Below, in pieces: positions 1 to 9,541 of a DNA stretch of 64,000 nucleotides (the first letter of the stretch is position 1; the number at the start of each line of letters is the position of its first letter). The translations under genes and the position numbers were made by a program. Origin of the DNA: an uncultured delta proteobacterium (GTDB lineage Bacteria > Desulfobacterota > Desulfobaccia > Desulfobaccales > 0-14-0-80-60-11); NCBI GenBank assembly GCA_963812015.1, contig CAWETI010000003.1:1024001-1088000 (forward strand). The letters are read 5' to 3'. Below the pieces are notes generated by a model, which saw nothing but the letters and a program-made list of their open reading frames with translations, searched no databases and was not told the origin of the DNA.

Positions 1-172
1 GGGGACGAGAAGAAAGGTCAGGCGGGGTAGGGCAAGCCCCAGGAATTTTTATGAGAATGTCATGAGGTCCCTTGCCGGGGCGGGTTGGGGGCCTTATTTT
101 TCATACAAGAGCCCTGTGTGGGGCCGGGCGGCGGGCTCTGGCCGCCCCATTTCGCCGGAAGGAGTGATGATC

Positions 173-424
173 ATGAAACACACGCTGGACGAAGTTAAGG
201 CCAAGATCCACGAAATGTACCCGAAGATCGACAAGCACGGGGTGGCCGCCACGGTCACCTTTGACAAAGAGAAGAAAACCTACGTCCTGGAGTTGAAAAA
301 AGGCCCGAACCACCTGTCCACCTATATCGACAAGGCAGATGCGGACAAGTGTATGGAAGGGGTGGAATGTATCCACCTGGGGGTGCAGATCGGGCAATTT
401 CTGGAAAACTTCAAAAAGGTATGA
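173..424 (+). CDS. Small hypothetical protein (83 aa)
   Basis: GGAG RBS before ATG at 173; protein-like composition MKHTLDEVKAKIHEMYP...CMEGVECIHLGVQIGQF. Confidence 0.75.
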   Translation: MKHTLDEVKAKIHEMYPKIDKHGVAATVTFDKEKKTYVLELKKGPNHLSTYIDKADADKCMEGVECIHLGVQIGQFLENFKKV

Positions 425-685
425 TAATGATATATAATTAAACGTAAAGTAGCTTCAGTCGAAAAGGTATGAAAGTTAGGCGGGCCGGCGGGGAGGCCGG
501 CGCCGCCTTAAAAAAATGTAGGGACGGCGGGGTGAAGGGAGAAGTTGGCGCCGAAACATGCTCTCCCTCCCCCGTTAATCCGCAACCATCCGACATAAGG
601 GCACCGGTGCGGCGTCCCTGAAGCCCACGGGAGATATTACTCGGAGCAGAAAATGAGTTTCACCAGGTTTTTATAACCTGAATGA

Positions 686-775
686 AAATCCCCCTAAATC
701 CCCCTTTTTCAAAGGGGGACTTTCTGATGGATTTCGGAAAGTTCACCGCCTTTGGCAAAGGGGGGTAGGGGTGAT
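686..775. repeat. REP-like palindromic doublet, AAATCCCCCTAAATCCCCCTTT family
   Basis: 34 nt at 686-719 identical to 37203-37236; inverted degenerate unit at about 745-775. Confidence 0.8.
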
Positions 776-983
776 ATCTCTAAGGGTTTCAGGATGAACT
801 GCAATTTATTAAATGCTCCGATTAATAAGGAGGAATCCGGCGCCCGTTTCTCAAGGCCGGGATGGAGAAAAGGGCAAAATCCTCTGAATCCCCCTGATAA
901 AAGGGGGGGCGGTTCCGGAGCGCTCATTAAGGCGGAAGTTTCCCTTAGCGTTTTAGCCAAACGTCACTCTAACTTAGGCAGCC

Positions 984-3359
984 ATGAAATTTTTCAAGGA
1001 ACCCAGCCCTAACCGGCTGGAAAAATATCATCAGCAGCGACGTTGGGCCCGGCGCCTGACCTGGATCCTTTACGGCCTGGTGTTCACCGGGATTCTCGGC
1101 GTGGCCGGGGCCGGCGTGTTTGTGTACTACCATTTCCTGAAGGACCTGCCGGATTTTACCGCGGTCAAGACCTTCCGGCCCCCGGTGATCACCCAGGTCT
1201 TCGCCCGGGACGGCCAGCGCATCGGAGAGTTCTATTCGGAGCGGCGGATCGAGGTGCCTTACAGCCGCCTGCCCCGGCAGGTGATCCTGGCCTTTGTGGC
1301 GGCGGAAGACGCCCGCTTCTTCGATCACCCGGGGGTGGACGTCACCGGCATCGTCCGGGCATTTTTCCGCAACCTGGAGGCGGGGGAGGTGGTCCAGGGC
1401 GGCAGCACCATCACCCAGCAGGTGGTGAAGCGCATCCTGCTGACGTCGGAGAAGAGCTTCGCCCGGAAAATCCGGGAGGCGGTGCTGGCCTACCGGATTG
1501 ACCATTACATGACCAAGGAAGAGATCCTCAACGTTTACCTGAACCACATTTTTCTGGGTCACGGGGCCTACGGTGTGGAGGCGGCGGCCCAGGAGTACTT
1601 CTCCAAACATGTGGAAGACCTGAACCTGGCGGAGGCCACCATCCTGGCGGGCATCCCCAAGGCCCCCAGCCGCTATGACCCCTATCTCAACCCCCGGCGG
1701 GCCAAGGAGCGCCAGGCCTACGTGCTCCGGCGCATGGCCGAGGTGGGGTTCATCAGCAAGGCCGAAGAAGAGGCGGCCTTCGGGCAACCCATCAAGCTTA
1801 AGCCTTATCGGCCGGAGTGGGTCAAGAATTGCGGCTACTTCACCGAGCAGGTGCGGACCCAACTGGAAGACCGGTTCGGCCGGGAATCGGTGTATAGTCT
1901 GGGGCTGAGGGTCTACACCACGGCGGACGTGAACCTGCACCAGGTGGCCCACGCCGCCATCCAGCAAGGCATCGACGGCCTGATCCAGCGCAACGGTTAC
2001 CGGGGGCCGCTCAAGCACGTCCGGGGCAAGGAAATGGTCGCCTTCCAGGAGCACCAGGTGAAATATTACCGGAAATACCCGCCGCGCAAAGGCCTGGCGG
2101 TGACCGCCCTGGTGGTGGGCCCGCCGGGGCGGCAGCGGGGCGCTGGGGGCGGCTATTTCCGCCTGGGGGACCAGTGGGGCGTTTTGAGGGAGACCGGGGG
2201 GGACAAGTCCCGGGCCACTACTTCGGTGGCTTCCCTGAGGCCGGGGGATGTGGTCCAGGTCCGTCTGGTGGAGCGGGAGCGCCAGGGCAAGTGGACCGGG
2301 GAACTGATCGCCGCGCCCATGGTGCAGGCGGCCCTGGTCTCCATGGAACTGAAGACCGGCCAAGTCCGGGCGCTGATGGGGGGCAAGGATTTTGGGGACA
2401 GCTCCTTCAACCGGGCCACCCAGGCTCGGAGGCAGCCCGGCTCGGCCTTCAAACCCATCCTTTACGCGGCGGCGGTGGAAAAGGGCTACCGCCCGGATTC
2501 AACTTTGCTGGACTCCCCCATCTCCCTGCCGGGGGGCCAGCACGGACAGGTGTGGTCGCCGCAAAATTATGACCACCGGTTTTACGGGCCTATCCCCCTG
2601 TCCTACGCCCTGGCCCATTCACGCAACGTGCCGGCGGTGCGGCTGATGATGGCGATCGGCGTGCCGGCCACGGTGCAGATGGCCAAGACTCTGGGAATCG
2701 CCAGCCCCATCTTTCCCAATTACGCCTCCGCCCTGGGAGCCTCGGATGTCACCTTGATGGAGTTGACCCGGGCCTACTCCGCCTTTCCCAATGACGGCAA
2801 GTTGATTGAGCCCATTTTTATCGATCGGATTGAGGACCGGGACGGGCGGGTACTGGTGGAGAACCGGCCCACGGGTCAGCAGGTGATCAGTCCCCAAACC
2901 GCCGAGACCATGACCCAGCTGTTGACGGGCGTGGTGGAGCGGGGCACCGCCACCCGGGTGCAGGTCCTGGGGCGGCCTGTGGGAGGCAAGACCGGCACCA
3001 CCAACAAGACCCGGGACGCCTGGTTTATCGGCTTCACACCGTCGCTGATTACCGGAACCTGGGTCGGCATGGATGACGAACACAGCCTGGGCCCCAAGGA
3101 AACCGGTTCCCAGGCCGCGGCCCCCATCTTCATCGCCTATATGAAGGAGGCCCTGCAGGGGACGCCGGTGCAGCCATTTACGACGGCCACGGGCACGGTG
3201 CTGGCCAAGCGGGGCAGTGAAGAGGCCGGTCCCACCGATGATGAGGCGGCGGCCCCGGTGGATGAGACGTTCTACCCCGAGGATGAAGGCCTGAAGGAAA
3301 AAACCTCGAACCCCCAGGCCTCCAGCCAGCAATTCTACAAAAACGATCTGGATGACTAA
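984..3359 (+). CDS. mrcA: Penicillin-binding protein 1A (class A PBP)
   Basis: N-terminal TM; transglycosylase EDARFFDHPG and GGSTITQQ; transpeptidase SAFK, SRN and KTG motifs. Confidence 0.93.
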   Translation: MKFFKEPSPNRLEKYHQQRRWARRLTWILYGLVFTGILGVAGAGVFVYYHFLKDLPDFTAVKTFRPPVITQVFARDGQRIGEFYSERRIEVPYSRLPRQVILAFVAAEDARFFDHPGVDVTGIVRAFFRNLEAGEVVQGGSTITQQVVKRILLTSEKSFARKIREAVLAYRIDHYMTKEEILNVYLNHIFLGHGAYGVEAAAQEYFSKHVEDLNLAEATILAGIPKAPSRYDPYLNPRRAKERQAYVLRRMAEVGFISKAEEEAAFGQPIKLKPYRPEWVKNCGYFTEQVRTQLEDRFGRESVYSLGLRVYTTADVNLHQVAHAAIQQGIDGLIQRNGYRGPLKHVRGKEMVAFQEHQVKYYRKYPPRKGLAVTALVVGPPGRQRGAGGGYFRLGDQWGVLRETGGDKSRATTSVASLRPGDVVQVRLVERERQGKWTGELIAAPMVQAALVSMELKTGQVRALMGGKDFGDSSFNRATQARRQPGSAFKPILYAAAVEKGYRPDSTLLDSPISLPGGQHGQVWSPQNYDHRFYGPIPLSYALAHSRNVPAVRLMMAIGVPATVQMAKTLGIASPIFPNYASALGASDVTLMELTRAYSAFPNDGKLIEPIFIDRIEDRDGRVLVENRPTGQQVISPQTAETMTQLLTGVVERGTATRVQVLGRPVGGKTGTTNKTRDAWFIGFTPSLITGTWVGMDDEHSLGPKETGSQAAAPIFIAYMKEALQGTPVQPFTTATGTVLAKRGSEEAGPTDDEAAAPVDETFYPEDEGLKEKTSNPQASSQQFYKNDLDD

Positions 3360-3579
3360 GGGCGGTTGCCCGTGGCGTCGGTGCAGCAAGGCAGATACGT
3401 TCAAGCTTGGGTCCGGCGCAGCCAAGGAACTGAGGCAAAGTCGCCGGGGGACGCGGCAGCCATGCCGGTGAACTTCACCTGAGCGACTGACTTTCAACCA
3501 GCCAAACCAAAAGGGGGGAAGAGAGCGGGGCGTGGTTCGTCAAGCCCTGGCCTGCCCCCATCAATAATCAGGAGTATTT

Positions 3580-4419
3580 ATGCGAGAGATTGAGGTGGCG
3601 CAGGTCACCCAGGCCGTGAAAGCCGCGGCCATTGCAGCCAATTATGAGCCCGGGGCCGACCTGTTAGCCGCCCTAACCCGGGGGGCGGAGACAGAGGAAT
3701 CCCCCAGCGGCAAAGAGATCTTCCGGCAATTACTGGAGAACGCCCGGATCGCCAAAGAGGAGCGCATTCCCATGTGCCAGGATTGCGGTTTGGCCGTCGT
3801 CTTTGCCGAGGTGGGCCAGGACGTCCATCTGGTGGGCGGGGATTTTGAAGAGGCGATTCACGAAGGCATCCGCCAGGGATATGGCGAGGGTTACCTGAGG
3901 AAGTCCTCGTGCCATCCTTTGACCCGGGCCAATACCGGGGATAACACGCCGGCAGTCATCCATACCGAGATTGTGCCGGGGGACCGGGTCAAACTGACGG
4001 TGGTTCCCAAGGGCGGGGGCAGCGAAAACATGAGCCGGGTCTATATGTTGAAGCCGGCGGAAGGTTTGGCCGGCATCAAAGAGAGAGTGCTGGCCACGGT
4101 GGCGGAAGCCGGCCCCAACCCCTGTCCGCCCATTATCGTCGGGGTGGGCATCGGCGGCACGTTTGAGCGGGCTGCCTTGCTGGCCAAAAAATCCTTGCTG
4201 CGGGAAATCGGCCAGCCCAACCCCGACCCGGAAGTAGCTGACCTGGAGCGGCAGCTCCTGGAGGAAGTAAATAATTTGGGCATCGGACCCCAGGGACTGG
4301 GCGGCCGGATCACCGCCATGGCCGTACATGTCTTGATGAAGCCCTGCCACATCGCGTCGCTGCCGGTGGCCGTCAACATTCAATGTCACGCTTCTCGTCA
4401 TAAGGAAGTGGTGCTGTAA
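3580..4419 (+). CDS. Fe-S hydro-lyase (fumarate hydratase/tartrate dehydratase) alpha subunit
   Basis: PMCQDCG, KGGGSEN, NPCPP and CHASRH motifs; AGGAG RBS. Confidence 0.92.
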   Translation: MREIEVAQVTQAVKAAAIAANYEPGADLLAALTRGAETEESPSGKEIFRQLLENARIAKEERIPMCQDCGLAVVFAEVGQDVHLVGGDFEEAIHEGIRQGYGEGYLRKSSCHPLTRANTGDNTPAVIHTEIVPGDRVKLTVVPKGGGSENMSRVYMLKPAEGLAGIKERVLATVAEAGPNPCPPIIVGVGIGGTFERAALLAKKSLLREIGQPNPDPEVADLERQLLEEVNNLGIGPQGLGGRITAMAVHVLMKPCHIASLPVAVNIQCHASRHKEVVL

Positions 4420-4518
4420 TACGGTTTTCGGTTTTCGGTTAAAAGAAGATAGAAATATCAATAAGTAAACCATTTGGATTGCAGTATTTGCATGAAAAAC
4501 TGGCAAAAAAGGTGAATC

Positions 4519-5085
4519 ATGATCAAGACGGTGAAACTGACCCCGCCCCTGACTGACCAGGACGTGATCCAGCTGAGCATCGGCGATACGGTGCTGGTGA
4601 GCGGGGTGATCTATACCGCCCGGGACGCGGCCCACAAACGTCTGGTGGATATGCTGGCTGCCGGGCAGCCATTGCCGATGGATTTGCAGGGACAGATCAT
4701 GTATTACGTGGGCCCCAGCCCGGCGCGACCCGGCCGGGTCATCGGCGCCGCCGGTCCGACTACCAGCTACCGGATGGACTCCTACGCCCCCACCCTGATC
4801 AGATTGGGATTAAAGGCGATGATCGGCAAAGGCAAGCGCTCTCCCGAGGTCATTGCCGCCATGCAGGAATATAAGGCCGTGTACCTGGGGGCCACCGGAG
4901 GGGCGGGGGCCCTGATTTCCCAGCGTATCAAGGCTGCCGAGGTGATCGCCTTTCCCGAGTTGGGGCCGGAGGCGGTCCACCGCTTGGAAGTGGAAGACTT
5001 TCCCGTCATTGTCATCAATGATTGTCAGGGCCATGATCTCTACGAACAAGGGGTCGGGCAGTACCGGCGCACCGCAGCTCGATGA
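4519..5085 (+). CDS. Fe-S hydro-lyase (fumarate hydratase) beta subunit
   Basis: YTARDAAHKR, GPTTSYRMD, MIGKG motifs; follows the alpha subunit. Confidence 0.92.
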   Translation: MIKTVKLTPPLTDQDVIQLSIGDTVLVSGVIYTARDAAHKRLVDMLAAGQPLPMDLQGQIMYYVGPSPARPGRVIGAAGPTTSYRMDSYAPTLIRLGLKAMIGKGKRSPEVIAAMQEYKAVYLGATGGAGALISQRIKAAEVIAFPELGPEAVHRLEVEDFPVIVINDCQGHDLYEQGVGQYRRTAAR

Positions 5086-6518
5086 TCCCTGGGACCCCCA
5101 GGGATGAGGCGGGTTGGCGCATGACCCCGGACAAAGGACGCGATATGGTTTTCCCCATGGATCTGGCCGAGGTTTCGGCCCGGGTTAAGGAAAAAAGACA
5201 GATCTTTAAGGACTATAACTTCGGCCCCCTGAAGGACGATGCCTTAAAGACTTTCTATGACCTGGCCCAGGAATACGAGACCATAGAAAACTTTTACCGG
5301 GTCACAGTGAGCGTGATCAAGGAGTTCTTTGATCTGGAGGCACGCCTTTACCTGGTCTGCTCCGAGGGCCGGCTGGAGTTAACGTGCGACAGCCTCCGGG
5401 GGCTCTATCCTGAGAAGACCCTGCCTGCCGAGCAAATCCATCTGGCCAGTCAGGCCTACGCTGCTAACGATGCTCTGGTGATCCCCATCCGGGGCAACCT
5501 GCTCCTGGTCAACCAGTTGCCCTTTTACGCCAAGGAACAGATTATCGGGATGCTGGAACTGTATCCCGCGGACCGGATCTCGGAGGCGGACCGCTTTTTC
5601 TTTGAAAAGTATGCCAACCGTCTAGGTTACAACTTGCATGTGAAGATCATTGCCCGGCAGAATATTCAGCACATCCGTTTCATCAACAGCTTGGTGGCGG
5701 ATATCGAACACAATGTGATCATTCCCAATATCAGCCTCAGCCTCTACCTCCGGCATTTGCGGAAAAAGATCAAGAACCTGAAGGAACTGGAGTGCGTCTG
5801 CACCATCAGAAGCGATCAATGTGCCGAGCACCCGGATGCCAAGCAGACCTTTCGCGCCCTGATCGACGATCTGGAGGTCGACTATGAGAACCTCGAGCAG
5901 CACTACAAGGGGGTCAGCCTCTTCATCGAGTCCCTGTTCCGGCTGTCCCATTTTCAGAAAGGCCAGTTCGTGCTGCGGCGCCGCACCACCCGGGTGACTA
6001 AAGAAATCATCGAACCCCAACTGAACCTCTACCTGGATAAGCTCAAAGAACGCCACATCGAGATCGACACGGGGGCCGGGGTCATGCCCGATGAAGACCT
6101 GCCCCTGTCGGTGGACAAAGGCCTGATGGCCCAGGTCTATGCCAACCTCTTTTCCAACGCGGTGAAGTATGCCCGGCGCAACTATGAGGGGCGCAAGTAC
6201 ATGGCCTACGGCCGGGATCTGCTGAAAGACTATTTCGGACCGGGAAAAGACGGGATCAAGTTCAACGTCTTCACCACCGGGCCGCATCTCCCTCCGGAAG
6301 ATGTGCCTCACATTTTTGACGAGGGCTACCGGGGCACTAATATCGACGGTGAAGTGGGCACCGGGCGGGGGCTCTTCTTTGTGCGCACCGTGGTGGAAAC
6401 CCATGGGGGCGAGGTGGGTTACCAGGCCACCCCGGGGGGCAACAATCTCTACTTCGTGCTGCCTCTGGTGGTGACCCGGGAAGAACCGCTGCCCGTGGAC
6501 CTGGAGTCCTCTGACTGA
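5082..6518 (+). CDS. Cytoplasmic sensor histidine kinase, GAF-like N-terminus (start uncertain)
   Basis: N box NLFSNAVKY, G2 box GTGRGLF, HGG; ATGA overlap with the upstream gene. Confidence 0.8.
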   Translation: MIPGTPRDEAGWRMTPDKGRDMVFPMDLAEVSARVKEKRQIFKDYNFGPLKDDALKTFYDLAQEYETIENFYRVTVSVIKEFFDLEARLYLVCSEGRLELTCDSLRGLYPEKTLPAEQIHLASQAYAANDALVIPIRGNLLLVNQLPFYAKEQIIGMLELYPADRISEADRFFFEKYANRLGYNLHVKIIARQNIQHIRFINSLVADIEHNVIIPNISLSLYLRHLRKKIKNLKELECVCTIRSDQCAEHPDAKQTFRALIDDLEVDYENLEQHYKGVSLFIESLFRLSHFQKGQFVLRRRTTRVTKEIIEPQLNLYLDKLKERHIEIDTGAGVMPDEDLPLSVDKGLMAQVYANLFSNAVKYARRNYEGRKYMAYGRDLLKDYFGPGKDGIKFNVFTTGPHLPPEDVPHIFDEGYRGTNIDGEVGTGRGLFFVRTVVETHGGEVGYQATPGGNNLYFVLPLVVTREEPLPVDLESSD

Positions 6519-6532
6519 GGTCTGAGAAGAAC

Positions 6533-6730
6533 ATGACCATTCGCTATCTGGCCGAAGAACTCTACCGCTGGACCCGCAAGGTGGAAGAGTTGGAAAAGGC
6601 CCTGGCGGCCTTAGAGGCCGAAGCGCTCCCGGAGCGGAACCGGCTGGCCATGGAGCTTCTCCAGGCCAAGCAGGAAGTGGCCCACTTTCGGGCGGTCCTG
6701 GAGGCGAAAAAGGAGCATCCCCGGATCTAA
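6533..6730 (+). CDS. Small coiled-coil hypothetical protein
   Basis: 65-aa helical ORF directly after the kinase, host-like codons. Confidence 0.7.
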   Translation: MTIRYLAEELYRWTRKVEELEKALAALEAEALPERNRLAMELLQAKQEVAHFRAVLEAKKEHPRI

Positions 6731-6843
6731 TTTTGACAGTGCTCTTAGCCTGTCCCGACCACCTCGCACCTCGGCTATTACGTCACAATTTCCATCGGTT
6801 ATCGGGTAAGCGACGCTCCGCTACCTCCCTCCCCTAAAATAAA

Positions 6844-6871
6844 TTGTCTTTGACATTTATTCTGCTATAGT
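6844..6871 (+). promoter_or_regulatory. Putative sigma70 promoter of cstA
   Basis: TTGTCT-N16-TATAGT with extended -10 TG. Confidence 0.45.
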
Positions 6872-7045
6872 TTTTAGCCACAAGCAAAGAGGGGTACGTT
6901 TGCAGAGAGGCTGATTGTCTGGTTTTATGGGGAAAATCGGCCTTAAGCACCGAGGGTGACGGAGATGGGCGGGTTGCCGCCTGATCTCGGTCTTCATTAG
7001 CCCGGATGGGCAGGGCTTTTACCAAACCAAGAGGATGGGGCTCAT

Positions 7046-8857
7046 ATGAATGCATTAACCCTGGTTTTCGTGTCATTGTGCGTCTTTACCATCGGCTACC
7101 GGTTTTATGGCTTGTTTATCGCCAGAAAGGTCTTGGAACTAAAAGTCGAGCGGCTGACGCCGGCCGTAAAAATGGCTGATGGTCACGATTATGTGAAGAC
7201 GAATAAGTACGTCCTCTTTGGACATCATTTCGCGGCCATTGCCGCGGCCGGGCCGCTCATAGGGCCGGTCCTGGCCGCCCAGTTCGGTTATCTGCCCGGC
7301 GCTATCTGGATCATCTTCGGCGCGGTCCTGGCCGGGGCCGTCCATGATATGGTCATCCTGTTCGCCTCGGTCCGGCATAAGGGGCAAAGCCTGGCGAACA
7401 TTGCCTCAAGAGAAATCAACTCCACCATCGGCGGCGTGGCCTCCGTGGCCGTTCTCTTCATTCTCATTCTCACCCTGGCGGGCCTATCCATCGCGGTGGT
7501 CAACGCTATGTTCGCCAGCCCCTGGGCCACCTTCACGGTCTTTTCCACCATGCCCATTGCCTTATTGATGGGGATTTACCTCCACGTCTGGCGGCATGAC
7601 GATGTCCTGGGCGCCAGTATTATCGGCGTCGTCCTCTTGGCGGCCGCGGTAATTGCCGGTCCTTATGTGGTGGCTAACCCCGCCCTGGCCTCCATATTCA
7701 CCTTATCCAAAAACCAAATATCCGTGATTATTCCGGTGTACGGCTTTATCGCCTCGGCCTTGCCGGTATGGCTGTTACTCTGCCCCCGGGATTACCTGTC
7801 CACTTATCTGAAGGTGGGGACCATCGCTATGCTGGCCATCGGCATCGCGTTCATGCGCCCGACATTGCTGATGGAGCCGATCACCAAGTTTGTCAGCGGC
7901 GGCGGGCCGATAATTCCCGGGGCGGTCTTCCCCTTTGTCTTCATTACCATCGCCTGCGGCGCCTTGTCCGGATTCCATGCCATCATCGGGACCGGGACCA
8001 CCCCCAAGATGGTTGGCAGTGAACGGGACATCTTATTCATCGGGTATGGGGGCATGTTGTTGGAAGGCTTTGTGGCCATTATGGCTTTGATCGCCGCCTG
8101 CGTGCTGGTGCCGGCCGATTACTTTGCCATTAACTCCGTGCCGGCGGTGTTTGCCAAACTCGGCATGAACACCGTGCATCTGGCCGATCTTTCCCGGGAG
8201 GTGGGGGAAACCCTTCAGGGTCGGACGGGTGGCGGCGTCTCCCTGGCCGTGGGCATGGCATATATCTTTGATGGCATCCCGGTTCTGAAAGGCTTAATGG
8301 GCTACTGGTATCACTTCGCCATCATGTTCGAGGCCGTGTTTATCCTTACCGCGGTGGACACCGGCACCCGGGTCGGCAGGTTCTTTCTCCAGGAAATGGT
8401 GGGGAAATTCATCCCCAAATTTGCCGAAAAGAGATGGATGCCCGGCATTATCATCACCAGCGGCGTGTTCACCTTTTTCTGGGGATATCTGGTTTATACC
8501 GGGAATATCTCCACCATCTGGCCGTTGTTCGGCATGAGCAACCAGCTCCTGGCCTCCAGCGCCCTGATCATCGGTACCACCATGATCATGAGGATGAACA
8601 AAGTCAAGTACGCATGGATTACCGCGGTTCCGGGTATTCTCATGGCCTTTATCACCATGTACGCCGGATACCTGAATGTGGTCGGCAACTATCTCCCCAA
8701 GCATCTCTACCTGCTCATGGTCATGTCGATCATCATTATGATTCTCATGGTCATTGTGTTTGTGGGGGCCATCAAAAAGTGGTTTGAATTGCTGAAGGTG
8801 AAAACTACCGTGGTGGATGAATACGGGGAAAAGGTCTTGGAAATCGTGCCGGAGTAA
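7046..8857 (+). CDS. cstA: Carbon starvation protein A family transporter (peptide/pyruvate)
   Basis: VLFGHHFAAIAAAGP, ITIACGALSGFH, WPLFGMSNQLL; many TM helices. Confidence 0.93.
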   Translation: MNALTLVFVSLCVFTIGYRFYGLFIARKVLELKVERLTPAVKMADGHDYVKTNKYVLFGHHFAAIAAAGPLIGPVLAAQFGYLPGAIWIIFGAVLAGAVHDMVILFASVRHKGQSLANIASREINSTIGGVASVAVLFILILTLAGLSIAVVNAMFASPWATFTVFSTMPIALLMGIYLHVWRHDDVLGASIIGVVLLAAAVIAGPYVVANPALASIFTLSKNQISVIIPVYGFIASALPVWLLLCPRDYLSTYLKVGTIAMLAIGIAFMRPTLLMEPITKFVSGGGPIIPGAVFPFVFITIACGALSGFHAIIGTGTTPKMVGSERDILFIGYGGMLLEGFVAIMALIAACVLVPADYFAINSVPAVFAKLGMNTVHLADLSREVGETLQGRTGGGVSLAVGMAYIFDGIPVLKGLMGYWYHFAIMFEAVFILTAVDTGTRVGRFFLQEMVGKFIPKFAEKRWMPGIIITSGVFTFFWGYLVYTGNISTIWPLFGMSNQLLASSALIIGTTMIMRMNKVKYAWITAVPGILMAFITMYAGYLNVVGNYLPKHLYLLMVMSIIIMILMVIVFVGAIKKWFELLKVKTTVVDEYGEKVLEIVPE

Positions 8858-8922
8858 GGAGCCGGATCGGTCTACCACCCATACATGGCGCAATTCGTTC
8901 CCCCGATCAGGAGGAGAAGATC

Positions 8923-9408
8923 ATGTTTAAAAAGATTTTGGTGCCCTTGGACGGCTCGGACCTGGCGGCAAGCATCCTGCCCCAGGTCGAGGAGTTGGCC
9001 AAGCATACGAACGCCGCGGTAACCCTGCTCACCGTTGGGTCTTCGGATATCTGCGCGGGCGGCGGGGCGCCGGTCCCGCCCGTTAAGGAAGGGGCCTCCT
9101 GCCCCGAACTCCCCCTCGCCGCATATTTGGAGCAAACTGCCGGCAAGCTGCGGGCCCAAGGTGTGGAAGTGAATTGGGTCTATAAACAGGGACAGCCGGC
9201 CAAGGAAATCGTGGCCTATGCCTATGAGAATGAGATGGATCTCATCGCCATAGCCTCCCATGGCGGTGGCGAGATCGCCTGGGTCTTGGGAAGTGTGGCC
9301 AAGAAAGTTATCGCCCACACCCCGGTGGCCGTGTTGCTGATGCGGGTAACGGAAGCCAAAGCTCCTGGCCTGAAAAGCGAGATGTATTATTCCCTGCAGA
9401 CGCCGTAA
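8923..9408 (+). CDS. Universal stress protein
   Basis: MFKKILVPLDGS, DLIAIASHG, LGSVAKKV; AGGAG RBS. Confidence 0.9.
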   Translation: MFKKILVPLDGSDLAASILPQVEELAKHTNAAVTLLTVGSSDICAGGGAPVPPVKEGASCPELPLAAYLEQTAGKLRAQGVEVNWVYKQGQPAKEIVAYAYENEMDLIAIASHGGGEIAWVLGSVAKKVIAHTPVAVLLMRVTEAKAPGLKSEMYYSLQTP

Positions 9409-9541
9409 TTATCGCCATCCCGCAACATGGCCACGGCTTTTGCTTCCCCCCGGCCCACCCGGAGAGGACGATTTCGGGTGGGCGGGGGGCACCTGTCCGA
9501 CTGCATTCCGTGCGCTCAGGTTGCGTCCCAGCTAGATCTTC

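Noticed and set aside
709..1012. Short ORFs 709..960, 752..1012 and similar ones at 31189, 43785, 45590 and 45671
   Set aside because: They are translations of REP/MITE repeats
969..2363. Long antisense ORFs such as 969..2363, 28391..29854, 40938..42479 and 56374..57624
   Set aside because: Typical GC-rich shadows opposite well-supported genes; only the MarC remnant within 40938..42479 looks real
3361..3560. 6S RNA or c-di-GMP-I riboswitch
   Set aside because: The 5' and 3' ends cannot form the long closing stem on either strand; the GGCAAA...GACGC fragment lacks the GNRA stem and the GCAAAG junction
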